Assembly: GCF_006345805.1 (NCBI RefSeq)
Contig: NC_043008.1
Coordinates: 60,388,001 to 60,452,000 of the forward strand
Direction of reading: 5' to 3'
DNA length: 64,000 bases
Source of the DNA: Octopus sinensis
Taxonomy: Eukaryota
The notes beneath the pieces are model-generated. The model ran no database searches and was not told the DNA's origin. It saw only the letters and a program-made list of their open reading frames with translations. The stretch's first letter is position 1, and the number at the start of each line of letters is the position of its first letter. Positions 1 to 13,151 of this stretch are shown one piece after another. The position numbers and the translations under genes were made by a program.

Positions 1-663
1 GATCCAGTTTACTGAACTATGAATTGGTATCTTTGCGACGAATGTTAATATAAAAGCCATTCGTCCATGCTACCGTGCAGTGGAAATGAGCACAGAACCA
101 CTATGTAGCCATATCTTCAAATGTAATTGGCTGAAATATTTTCAACGACATCCCAGAAACCAAATAAACACTACATGTCGTGTCTTAAGTATTTCAGTAT
201 TTAAAATCCAGGGAAACATCTTTTGAGCGTACTGCATCTAATCTGTCTAACCGCTGCTCTTGCCAAATCTACATCCGAGAGATTGAAGACCAGAATAAAT
301 TATATACGATATGAGGCTTCCATATTTTCAGGGGAGCAATAAAATATTCACAACGTGTATCTTCCATATCTTTAAGGGAGCTCATAAAGTCACAGGCACT
401 GTAAGAATACTAGGTCAGGTTTGAGAAATAAGTATATCGTAGATTCTTTATGAGAGCGTTCGTACTTACGTATACACATGCATGCATGTTTGACCTGATA
501 TATGGGCAAGTTTATAGGCCTGCTTCGTGATGCACATGAATACAAATATAGACACAATCATTTGCTTATATAATGCATATATACAGAAATATATTTCTAT
601 GTTCGTGTGCGTGTGTATATATATGTATATATTAATATATATAAATATACATATATGTGTGTT

Positions 664-734
<71 letters not shown>

Positions 735-1065
735 ATATATATTATAATATATAGGTACACGCACAGACGCACACCACACGTCTCTCTGATTTAAATATGG
801 AGAGCGTATGACGGATAGATTGATGGAAGAGATGTAATGAAGATCGATAGAAAAACATCTTTATACACACGGACATATATCTATATTAATATATATACAT
901 AAATGCGTATACATACGTACTCATTACATATATACATGCATATGTGTATGCATATATATATATTTATATTTGTACACACAGATATATACATACATACATA
1001 CATACATACATATATGTATGCATTATATATATATATATATATATATATTTTATTTGTACACACAG

Positions 1066-1099
<34 letters not shown>

Positions 1100-1760
1100 G
1101 GATATATATATATATATATATATAGGTAAATATATATATGTGTGTATGTGAGTGTGTGCGCGTGTATACTTATATACACACACAAACATGTACATATGTG
1201 TATCTGCTTATGAAAAGGACACTGAGTGTAAATATGGAGAACGAATGACATACATAGAAATTGCAGCAAATCGTGATTTATTTCTGTGTTTTGTTAGGAA
1301 AAAATAAAAAAAAAGACAAGAGGATAATGAGAATGAATTGGTACTAATAAGAAAAAAATATGAAGAAGAAAATTGATTAAGAGAATAAAAGAATGAAAAC
1401 ATTAACGCTTGTCTAGATGGATTGCGTAGGAGGGAAGAATTGGCAGAGATGAAATTGAAAGGAAAATTCTGGTAAAAGGGAACGAAGTCACACCTAAAGG
1501 AAAAGATCATAGTAAAGAAGAGAGATGAATCGGAGAATAGAAAGGATAAATGAAAAATAATAGCGACAGGTGAGTGAATATATAAGAAATATATAACGCA
1601 ATAAAAGTAAAATTGATAATTAATTTACACAGACACAAGATTCCCATGCTTAAATACACACATACGTACTCAGACTCACAAATATATTAAACCCTCACAC
1701 GCTTATGTATATATGTTTGTAGTTATATATGTATACGCTGTGTGTATGCATACAGTATGT

Positions 1761-2124
1761 GGAGGCGCAATGGCCCAGTGGTTAGGGCAGCGGACTCGCG
1801 GTCATAGGATCGCGGTTTCGATTCCCAGACCGGGCGTTGTGAGTGTTTATTGAGCGAAAACACCTAAAAGCTCCACGAGGCTCCGGCAGGGGATGGTGGT
1901 GATCCTTGCTGTACTCTTTCACCACAACTTTCTCTCACTCTTGCGTCCTGTTTCTGTTGTACCTTTATTTCAAGGGGCCAGCCTTGTCACTCTCTGTGTC
2001 ACGCTGAATATCCCACGTGTCTGTGGAGTGCTCAGCCACTTACACGTTAATTTCACGAGCAGGCTGTTCCGTTGATTCGGATCAACCGGAACCCTCATCG
2101 TCGTAACCGACGGAGTGCTTCCCA
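1761..2124 (+). mobile_element. tRNA-derived SINE (head A + tail i) with 12-bp TSD
   Basis: Pol III A box (TGGCCCAGTGG) and B box (GGTTTCGATTCCC). TSD CATACAGTATGT 1749-1760 / CATGCAGTATGT 2125-2136. Confidence 0.85.
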
Positions 2125-2618
2125 CATGCAGTATGTCTTCGTGTGCCACTTTCGAAGATGACTGTGCTATGAAGCCACTGGCAACAACTTCAAGAAATAG
2201 TTAAATTTATAGTTTAAACGTTACCCCAATACATGAGGGAGTTCTCCTACTTCAATGTGTTCCCTCAACACATACATGCACACATTTTCTAATAAGAGAC
2301 ACGCAGAGGCGCAGACAGGCGTGACTGCGAGGTAAGAAGCTTGTGAGGCAAGTCGATGCTAATGAGAGGAGGCGTGAAGTGAAGTCAGAACCTGGCGCAG
2401 GCATGGCTGTGTATTTATATAGTTAAAGTCAAAACTACGTGTTTTCTGTTCATGGCCATCCCAGAGCATTTTGGCCAAGTGTCTCTTACTTTAGACTCAG
2501 GTAACTAACCACTTGTGAGGTAATTCCGTCGTGGAGACGCTTCAAATTTGTTTATGTGCGTATTTATCGCTATTTTTTCATTGGAAACAAAGTCTGTGTG
2601 CATGTATGTATATATATA

Positions 2619-2666
<48 letters not shown>

Positions 2667-3254
2667 TCGATGCGTAAAAGGCAATATCTATTTTCTTATC
2701 TGTTTCACTTTGTATGACAAAGTATATTTTGTGCCATCATCATTATTGAAAATCATTTTTCAACGTAGTAAAATCATATTAAGTAATTATTATTTTCTTA
2801 AAAAATATCTTTAAAGTCATTTGTCATTGAATTATTATTTGCTGAGATATCAGTTCACGTTCATTTGTTAAATGATTTTTCGAGTAATTTTTTTGCAATA
2901 TTTCACTTACACAAATTTTTACCTAATTAGGTTTTTCCGTTTCTGAATTTGTAAAATTTTTATTCAGACGAAAAATTCTTTTAGATCAAGTGTGAAATTG
3001 TGTTTACTTCAGTGTGTTATAGCTAACACACTGACGTCTGTTCACCCCTTCGTCTTAAATTTTCGTTTATCTTTTCTTTTGTTATTTTTACTCTCTTGAT
3101 CGTGCAAGGGCAACACTCATTATTCTTTACATTTCCAGGGTTGCTCAGAGTTTCGAAGGAAATTATCTTCAAACTAGAGTCTTTGCAAAGTGTTCAAAAG
3201 ATTAAGGTGGTGATGTAAACTGGGGCGGTGGGTTAAACTGATCAATTAGGTGGT

Positions 3255-3715
3255 CTCGTGGTTTTGCGGTTGGAAGCTTGCTTTCCAACCATATGGTTCC
3301 GGGCTGAGTCCCACTGTGCAACACCTTGGGCAAGTGTTTTGTACTATAGTCTCGGGTCAACCGAAGCCTTGTGAGTGGAAGCCTTCTGTAGACAGAAAGT
3401 GAAGGAAGTCCGTCGTGTGTGATTTTGTGTGTGTATGTATTTGTGTTTGCGCGCGCGTGTGTGTGCATGTGTGTGTGTACATGTGTGTGTGTGTGCCTTT
3501 CATTTCGTGGTTGGGTTCCCACCACTGCTTAACAATCAGTGTCGGTTTGCTTGCACACTCGTAACTTAGCGGTTGGGCAAAAGCGCCCGATAAAATAAGT
3601 ACCAGGTTTAAAAAATAAGTACTGGGATCCATTCATTTGACTAAAAATATGTCAAGGTGATGCCCCATTAAGGCCGCTGTCTAAAGTGTGGAAGAAGTGA
3701 AAGATAAAGGATAAA
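3255..3715 (+). mobile_element. SINE family C, older copy
   Basis: Homologous to 11838-12266. Further decayed - strand copies lie at about 3885-4210, 4620-4965, 5590-5900 and 52883-52950, and a + strand fragment at about 57800-57960. Confidence 0.75.
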
Positions 3716-5015
3716 CAGAAATACAAATATCTGGGGATATTTTCCGAGATATTCCTCAGAGAATTCTATACCAATATCATAATATTCTACTCACTCGCTG
3801 CTGTCGACTTGTAAAGATAAAAGGCAAAGTGGGTCCTGGCACTATTTCATTTTAGAGTTATAATATTCACGAAAAGAATACAAATCTTTTATCTTTTACT
3901 TGCTTCAATCACTGGAATACAGCCAGGCCGAGTCACCGACTGGAAAGGTTTGGTTGAAGACACCGACCGTAGTACATGTTATATTGACCTCTTTGGCCAA
4001 ATACCTAAGTTACGTAGACATTAGCAAACATAGTCAAGCGATGGTGTTGGGGACAGACAGACGAAAAGACACATACACACACATACATACATGGACACAT
4101 TGACACACGATGGGATGACACACAGTTTCTGTGTATCAGCTTTACATGTCACTAGCTGAACCCCTGGCCATTCGTATGCAAACGTTCTCAACTACGGAGC
4201 CATGTCTGCATCTATCTGATAAACAAATTTAGAGAGTGAGAGAGAAGGGGAGAAACAGAGAGTGGGAGAGAGAGAGAGAGAGATTGTGCGCATGCGCGTG
4301 CATGAGTGTGTGTGTGTGTGTGTGTGTGTATGTGAGAGCTTGTGTTTGTGATAAAGAGTGATAAACTAGACGCCTCTGTAACGAGTAACTAAGCCGCTAG
4401 AAATTGCAGTCAAGTCTCCACCAAATCGCGTAGTAACCAATGACAAATGAGAGAGCGGAGTTTTAGATATTCAAAACAGCGGAAAAACCAGAGCTTGAGC
4501 ATTCCTGTTCTCATCATAGCCATATTGAATAAGAGATTAAGTGGGATCTACCAAAAACATCGCAAGCTTTTAAGAGTAGTTAATTGCGATTGTCAAATCA
4601 TTAACCTACTTATTTAATTTTGCTTATCTTTACTGGCATTTGACAGAAACTACGCTGAGTTTTTATAGCCTTGAAGAGTTTTAGTCGACTAAATCATATC
4701 CAGTGTTTATTTTAAAAGTCCGGTACATGTTGTAGCCTCTCTTTTGTCGAACCTCCAAATTACAAGGACATAAAGCGGTGTAAGTAGGGAGGGAGGTAAA
4801 CGCAGACATAAAACAGGCACACACACAAACAACGGGTTTCCTCAGAGTTTTCGTTTATCAAATTTCCTTACAAGGCATTGGTCGGACCGGAGATATTGTG
4901 CAAGGTGCCGCACATTGAGATTGAAACAGTGAGCCTGTTAAATTTGGAGTCACACCTGCGTCTATGTATACTCATATTTCTGAATTATCCATTAAAATTT
5001 AATCTCTATGTTTCT

Positions 5016-5245
5016 TATTTCTTTACTGCCCACAAGGGGCTACACACAGAAGGGACAAACAAGGACAGGCAAACGGATTAAGTCGATTATATCGACTCCA
5101 GTGCGTTACTGGTACTTATGTAATCGACCCCGAAATTATGAAAGGCAAAGTTAACCTCGGCGGAATTTGAACTCGGAACGTAGCGGCAGACGAAATAAAG
5201 TTAAGCACTTCGCCCGGCGTGCTAAAATTTCTTCCAGCTCACCTT
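5016..5245 (-). mobile_element. SINE family D (Deu/Nin-like domain GAGGTCGACTTTGCCTTTCATCC...TAAGTACC)
   Basis: Full copy with tail 1 (...GCCCCTTGTGGGCAGTAAAGAAATA). Other single copies lie at about 6440-6596, 9190-9340, 14515-14672, 37990-38185 and 53720-53920 (-), and about 48985-49200 and 55080-55290 (+). Confidence 0.85.
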
Positions 5246-5959
5246 CTTAATCCCTATGTTTCTGTTATTCAAATGTGTGCATGGTGTGCAATTATACATT
5301 ATTAATACTCAAATTAAAATTATAATTAATATCACAATTGATTGCTGACTAAGGATTCAAATATAATATGATGAATTAATATCACCGTATCGAATAAGCA
5401 CGATGATCAATCATGGAATATAAGGAGGTGGAGTTCAACCGACCGATTAATAGAATTGTATACGCAAAAAGCTAGATAATTAATCTAGGATTTAATATGA
5501 TAAAATGATGATCTCAAAACTATGCCGTTATAATTAATGTTATTAAAACCAACGAGCTAGCAAAGACAGCAGCCAATAAGAAGTGCTGCTTCTATTAACC
5601 ACTTTTACCGAATCCCTAATTTACGAGCACGTAAACAAACCGACTCCAATATCATGCGGTGGGAGATGTAAAAACATATGCAAAGGCATACACGCATACA
5701 CAAACACACGTGCACACACATACGTTTATGCATATACGACAGACTTCTTTCAGTTTCCGTCTGTCAGATTCACTCACAAGATATTTGTCAGTCCAGGACT
5801 ACAGTTGAAGACATTTGATCAAGGTGCGAAGCGGTGAGGCTGAACTCGAAACCATATGGTTGGGAAGAAAAGATGTTGCCACCGAACCACTTCTGCGCCT
5901 AAATTTGTTTGCAATATTAAAATAATGTGATATTTAGTTTGACGATAAAGTAAAAAAAA

Positions 5960-6286
5960 GACCCACTTCTGTGATGAATGACTGTTGGATTGCACCTACA
6001 AAGTTCCCTCTCCGAGGTACAAGTCTGGGTAACGTTGTCTATTGAAGACCAGCAATCACCCACGCATACCAGCCTCCCCTCTCCATGCCACCAGTGTTAT
6101 CCAAGGGAAAGGCAAAGGCTGATACATCTTGGCACCAGTGACATCGCAACTCATTTCTACAGCTGAGTGAACTAGAGCAACTTGAAATGAAGTCTCTTGT
6201 TCAAGAGCACAACTCACAAGCTGGTCCAGGAATAAAATCACTACCTCATGATTGTAAGCCAATCGTTCTAACCACTGAGCCATTCG
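5960..6286 (-). mobile_element. SINE head B + CORE-like block + tail iv
   Basis: Homologous over its length to 22273-22603 (-). Confidence 0.75.
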
Positions 6287-6884
6287 GTACGATATGGCAT
6301 TTATAGGATAGTACATTATTATTCAAGAGAATTTGTCTCTTATATCTCATGTGTAGGGCCTTCCTGCAGCGATATATTCGACTCGTTGTTCTCATTGCGA
6401 TTACTAGACTCAACTTAATAATGGTTTCAAATGTTTCACAAGACTCCAGTACTCAACTGGTACTTATTTTATCCACCCTGAAAGCAAGCAAGGCAAAGTC
6501 GACCTCGGGGGAATTTGAAATCAGAGTGTAAAGACAGACGAAATACGGCTAAGCATTTCGCCCGGCGTGCTAACGATCATGACTGCTCGTTGCCTTTAGA
6601 ATCGATATAATAATGATTGCTACCATTATAATTATAATAATCCACATCATCATTATGTCATGATCATGATCATCATAATCATCATCATCATCATAGTCGT
6701 CGTCATCAACTTCCTCAGACACACATCCATCGTCTACTTCGTCACCGTCATCTTAATCATTATCATCATATCGCCGCCGTCGTCGTCGTCATTTTTACGA
6801 TAATTATTTCATCTTCATCTAATTGATCCATTTTTATCATCCTCATCATCACTGTCATCATCATCATCATCATCATCATCATCA

Positions 6885-6922
<38 letters not shown>

Positions 6923-7436
6923 GCATCACGATCATCCTTATCATTACTATTATTATTATCGTTATATTGTCGTCTTAATTTAAGTCATCCGGGTTCAATG
7001 AAATTAATTACTAAAGACACGTATTTGGTTCGATTATTTACGTTGGTAGTTTAAAGCACAATGACAATACAAACAAGGATAACGACTGCAACGATAAGTA
7101 CGACGATAACAGCAACAACAACAAGAAGAAGACGGCAACAACAACAACAACAACAACAACAACATCATCAAATAGAAAAGAGAGCAAACGTGATGGCGGC
7201 GGAAAGGTGGATAGCATTGACATAGGTAGGTAGGTAGAGGTACAGGTTGGGGTGAAATGTGATGACATCTCAACGGTTCCCGTGAGAAATTGCAGTAGAA
7301 CATCTGGTGACAACTAAACATGCATCTACCTAACGACGGCAATAGTAGTCAGAGTAGCGACATAGCTGATGGCAAGCACGTGGCCGTCAACACAGTTGCA
7401 CACACTCTACTCAAATTATAAATATATATATATATA

Positions 7437-7497
<61 letters not shown>

Positions 7498-9679
7498 GTA
7501 TATGTGCACACTATGGTATGCAATGTATACATTATGTATTAGATTATATTTATATATATGTTTGTGTATCTATATGTAGATATGTATGTATATGAATGCA
7601 CACGTACATACTGACATATATGCATGAACATAATTATACGAAATAGTTTGTTAAATCTCTATTGAATTCTTGCTCATACAGTTTAGCAAAGTCTCTTGTC
7701 ATACGTATGTACACGCATATGTAACTATGTATGCATGTGTATATGTACATACGTATTTATGTATGCATACCTGTATATATGTACACGTGTATATATATGC
7801 ACATGTGTATATATATATATATATGTACATACATATAGATGCAGCCACATACGCACATACATATATGTGTATGTATGCATGTATTTATGTATATATGTAT
7901 ATATGTATGTATGACATACGTACATGTGCGTTTGTTCATTCTTGCATCTGCGTTTAGCATATGCACGTGGCTACACTCACACACACACACATACATGTGT
8001 ATGCGTATTTGTATATATTCATAGGTGCGTGAGTATTATCTACATGTGCATGCATTTATTTATAACGTATGTATTCGTCTGGATGTAATCTCGCTTGTAC
8101 AATTGAGCGAATGTACATTTTACTTCTCAATTAATAATTTCACAGTAAAACTATGTCTCTTAATTACATTACAATTTGCAGCGCGATAATTAACCACAGA
8201 TAATTGCTCCAATTATCTAACCGACTTCAGCAAGTAGAGAAATTTTAATTTTTGTGTCAAGTATTCTCGTGCTTATAGATATTGTGTATCTCTGTTTAGC
8301 ACAAGGAAACAAAAGAAAAGAATGAAAGAAAAGAAAAACAAAAGCAAGAAAAAAATATCGTGTGAGACTGTAAAGACATTGAGCAGTTTGACCTTGTCTT
8401 CTGTTATTCTGTCGACTACTTTTTTTTTGTTTTTGAATGGTAATCAAGAATGCATGGACTTAACAATGAGTTTTTCATTTCTATACAGACTGGAGATAAC
8501 GATACTGCAATTTACCCAGCTTGAACATATGTATGTTATAATGTAGCAAAAAGTATATTGTAAGCCGTGTCCGACTGCTTGCAACGCAGGGAGCGCTACT
8601 AAAGATTCCAATGGACCAGGTGTATGTTATCAACGACTTTTACTGCAGAATCGCGTCGAGTTAAGAATCCTTTCGCTTGTTATTTCAATGGTGTATGATG
8701 AAATTCTAGTTGTTTCTGCTATAGTAGTTATTCCTTTGAAATCTTAATTCCTTTCAGGCTATTTGTTTTCTTTAGCGAATAGCAGATAATACTTGAGTAA
8801 GTCTCCGTGTATACTATGATGGAATGGCAAATAAATTTGTTATTGGTAGTTCAACTCAAGAGTATTGAATACTTATTGTACTAATTAGGTAATTGTTATT
8901 CGATGTTTCAGTCTAACGACTAAGTTGGGAGAAGTAGTACTTTGTGCTACCGCTGAGAGATGTAGGCCCGGAGGAAATATAATAACGCAAGACACATAAA
9001 TTGTTGTAGTCGTCACAAGATCGATTTAACCTAAAAAATATTGGACCGAATGCTTACAACATTGACGTTCCCACTCTCTCAAAACCTGGTGGCTGTGTTA
9101 AAGGCATAATTTTTACTGTATTATTCTCTCACCCATTGGAATATCTAATCATTCACCCCGGAATATTAACAAGGACTGAAATTTAGAGAGAAGGATATAG
9201 CCGACAATGTCGACCCCATTGCTCAACTGATACTTATGTTATTGAACTGGAAAGGATGAAAGACAATACAGACTTCGGTGGAATTTGAATTCAGACCGTA
9301 AATGCTTCGTTTTATCTGCCATGATAACACTTCTTAATTGCCCCTTAATGGAATACCTAACAAGATTGCATTCTATAGTTAACGTCGTTGGGGAAGCTCA
9401 GTTAAATCTCTTTTGAAGTGTTTGCCATTAATTACACATTGTAAAGATGTAAAGCAAGAAATGTGAATCAAAGAATTAGGTTACTCAAGATGAGTAGCTG
9501 TACACATAGCTAAAGCCGTGGTAGTTTCATCAAAATACATCTTATATATTCTTACAACAATGAAGCCTCATTCTACTTACAGCTTGCAGGAGTTATCGTT
9601 CTTTACACATCTGTCACCTCAATTATAAAAACAGTTAAACATTAAAACGTTAGCTAGCAGCAAATTTCCTCCTTTCTCT

Positions 9680-10250
9680 TATAATAGCTCCTCTCTTTTA
9701 TTCTTGGCTTGTTTCAATCTTTCGACCTGGCCATACTCACGCACAACCTGGAATGGTTTAGACAAACAAGACGCCCTCCGTACTTATTTTAAAGCATAGT
9801 ATTTATTCTATAATGTTGTTTTTGTCGAACTGATGTGTTACATGACATAAACCAACCTACACTGGTTTCAAGTGGTGGTGGGGCAGGAAAAAGGCGAACA
9901 CACACATACACGACGTGCTTCTGTCAGTTTCCATTTGCCATATATATACACAGCATTAGTTAGTATGAGGCTATTGTGGAAAACACTTGTTGAGGTTGCT
10001 ATGAGTGGCACTAAACCACAGACCTCATGATTGAGAAACAAGCTTCTTTTTTCTTTATTGTCCACAATGGGCTAAAGACAGAGGGGACAAATAAGGACAG
10101 ACAAGAGAATTAAGTCGATTACATCGATCCCAAAAGGATGAAAGGCAAAGTCGACCTCGGTGGAATTTGAACTCAGAACGTAACGGCAGACGATTCTGCC
10201 TGCTCACCGCGTTCAAGAGAAACAAGCTTCTTACCATACAGCTACACCGT
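9680..10250 (-). mobile_element. Old family C SINE interrupted by a family D SINE (10049-10216) with 16-bp TSD
   Basis: TSD GAGAAACAAGCTTCTT at 10033-10048 and 10217-10232 brackets the family D copy. Confidence 0.8.
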
Positions 10251-10670
10251 TTATTGTGATATTATTTGCAATGGTTTGTTTCTCGTCGTTTCATAATTTC
10301 ATTTTCTCTTACTGCTATACCGTACACCTGATTTAACTGCAAAGACATCATACTCACAGAAATAATTATACAAAAAAAGATCACTGAAGATTCTGTGAAC
10401 TTTTGTGACTAAAATACAATTTTCCTAAACTAATCAGATAAGAATATATATGCTTCACCGAAGCCCTACCTAATCAGTACAGCGGAGTTTATACATCTCT
10501 ACTGAGATCCTAATAACACTGAAATCTGTTCGAGATATCACAATATATTTAACAATAATGTTAATTAAAGACAATTAACGATTTTTCAATTTTTGCCTCA
10601 TCCCCAAGACATAATCATTGTGAGCAGTTAAATATAGTACACATACAGGCATACACATATCTATCTAGCT

Positions 10671-10743
<73 letters not shown>

Positions 10744-10768
10744 ATATCTATATATATATATATATATA

Positions 10769-10968
10769 TAAAGTTAATCCAAACAAGAAAGCACAAAAAA
10801 AACACAACAACGCGAGGACGTGGAACAAATATAGTATTATTGGACGCTCAGGAAAGAAGGAAAGAAGGAGGGTATAACGTTTCGAGCGGATCTCTTCGTC
10901 GGAAACATAGGAGAAGGAAAGATCCAGAGAAGAGAAGACAGAGGAAAAAATCGCCAACGGAACACACT
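10769..10968 (-). mobile_element. Second copy of the ~200-bp Penelope-like hammerhead repeat
   Basis: The reverse complement reads GTTT-CCGACGA-A-GAG ATCCG CTC-GAAA-CGTTA; the flanks are clearly homologous to 29974-30177. Confidence 0.6.
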
Positions 10969-11348
10969 AGGCCACATTTTGTATATTTTTATATATATAT
11001 ATAAATATACATATATACACTTAGACATGGACATGTATACAGAGTTACCAAATCCAATATGAATAGTAGATCCAGCTCAGAGTTGGTTCCAATTAAGGTG
11101 TATCTATAAGAACACAACTGAGCTTCAAAATTCACAACAGTTGTTTCGGCAGGTTCTGTTTGTGCATTCTTACATTATATCATTGTCAAAACGCGCCATC
11201 ATCAAGTAAAATTTTAAAACACAAACAAATAAGATATAAACAGATTACCAGTTCATGGCATCCCATGGGGAAACAAATCTTGTTTCACCATGATAGATGG
11301 TAAATGGACCGACCTTATGAAGAATATCTTGGCACAGAAAAACACCTT

Positions 11349-11415
<67 letters not shown>

Positions 11416-11417
11416 AT

Positions 11418-11776
11418 AGAAATATTAAAATTACTAAGTCTCTCTAAAAGAGAACAACGGCAGCGTTTAATATTTTTATTATTGAAAACAAGTGGATGTA
11501 TTCCACCGAAGCTAGGTAAATAAAACCTTCGAACAGAGATTGTCAGAAGCGACACGTACTGGTCTGGCTACGCTGCATTGAAAAGGGGCAATACCCCGAA
11601 ACGCGTCTGTAGCTGCCGGTCAAGTAGTGTGGAGCGACTGACCTCCCTTGTTCGAAGGTTATATGGATACAGTTTGTGTATCAAATAGCTAACTTAAGGC
11701 GATGGCCTCATGGAGCTAATAAGCGGACAGCTTTATTCTTATTTTTATAAGAATGCCATATTAGTATGGCGAGAAC

Positions 11777-11778
<2 letters not shown>
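11418..11778 (+). mobile_element. Penelope-like terminal-repeat remnant containing a hammerhead-like fold on a long hairpin
   Basis: GGCTACG-CTGCATTGA-AAA-GGGG CAATA CCCC-GAAA-CGCGTC-TGTAGCT at 11566-11614, inside an extended stem closed by AACCTTCGAACA 11524-11535 / TGTTCGAAGGTT 11649-11660. Flanked by (TA)n. Confidence 0.55.
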
Positions 11779-11833
<55 letters not shown>

Positions 11834-11837
11834 GTAT

Positions 11838-12266
11838 AGGCTCAGGAGTGGCTGTTGGTAAATAGCTTGCTAACCAACCACATGGTTCCGGGTTCAGTCC
11901 CACTGCGTGGCATCTTGGCAAGTGTCTTCTGCTATAGCCCCGGGCCGACCAATGCCTTGTGAGTGGATTTGGTAGACAGAAACTGAAAGAAGCCTGTCGT
12001 ATATATGTATATATATATATAATATATATATATATATGTATGTGTGTGTTTGTGTGTCTGTGTTTGTCCCCCTAGCATTGCTTGACAACCGATGCTGGTG
12101 TGTTTACGTCCCCGTCACTTAGCGGTTCGGCAAAAGAGACTGATAGAATAAGTGCTGGGCTTACAAAGAATAAGTCCTGGGGTCGATTTGCTCGACAAGA
12201 GGCAGTGCTCCAGCATGGCCACAGTCAAATGACTGAAACAAGTAAAAGAGTAAAAGAGAAAAAGAG
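11838..12266 (+). mobile_element. SINE family C, near-intact (internal (TA)/(TG) tract, (AGTAAAAG)n tail)
   Basis: Head GGCTCAGGAGTGGCTGT...GGTTCAGTCCC; central GTGAGTGGATTTGGTAGAC-GAAACTGAAAGAAGCC block; highly similar to 49205-49572 (-). Confidence 0.9.
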
Positions 12267-12924
12267 TATATATTAGACCTATATAGCTTACGGTGTGTGT
12301 CCAGTTTTCAAGACCAATAAATTATTAGTTGAGGGGTGATAGGCTGCTGTTTCTAGCAGTAAGAGAGATTAACAAGAGCCACCGTCACTGGCTCCACATC
12401 AGTTAATGTTATCAAGAAGATGAGTAGAGAGATGAAGCTGTTGTAGCTATGATCTGCGATGTTTGGGAATGTTAATCTCGGTTTCAAACTGCTGGAGGTA
12501 AGACAGTGGTAAGCGTATGTACAAAGAGAAAAGAAACCAAGCTTTGAACATAACTTCAGAGGAAGGCTTCTGAAAATGAGATTCACATGAGTTTTCACTG
12601 GAAATTTATCAGTGTACATCAACCTATACGACTATCTTTCTCTTTCCCCACTTTCCCTCTTCTGATATGTACAGTCATGAGCAAAGCTTGGAACATAAAT
12701 TTTGAAAATTAGAATTTTAATATGAAATGCCCCAAATTTATACATTGTATTTTACGCCAAACCGGCGTAAAATGCGTAAAATGCTTTGAAAGTAAGGCAC
12801 CTCTGAAATATGAATACAAACGGAATAATACTAGTTCCCGTAAATCGGACATCAGATTTAAAAGATACGTGGTTTTTTGCGTCACATTGAACTATTGGAG
12901 ACCCAACGTGTCACGGGTGGTCTA

Positions 12925-12925
<1 letters not shown>

Positions 12926-12993
<68 letters not shown>

Positions 12994-13013
12994 TAATGAT
13001 AATAATAATAATG

Positions 13014-13046
<33 letters not shown>

Positions 13047-13089
13047 TAATAATAATAATAATAATAATGATATAATAATAATGAATAAT

Positions 13090-13150
<61 letters not shown>
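12926..13150. repeat. (AAT)n microsatellite, ~225 bp
   Basis: Read directly from the sequence. Other (AAT)n tracts: 38190-38244, 44240-44342, 44498-44565, 54085-54157. Confidence 0.95.

Positions 13151-13151
<1 letters not shown>

Noticed and set aside
1300-1553. Purine-rich, coiled-coil-like reading frame
   Set aside because: It has three in-frame stops and low complexity, with no recognisable family.
1761-1835. tRNA-like sequences at SINE heads (also near 33030, 39714, 51351 and 57142)
   Set aside because: A/B boxes are present, but they continue into SINE bodies with tails and TSDs and lack a proper acceptor stem. They are not tRNA genes.
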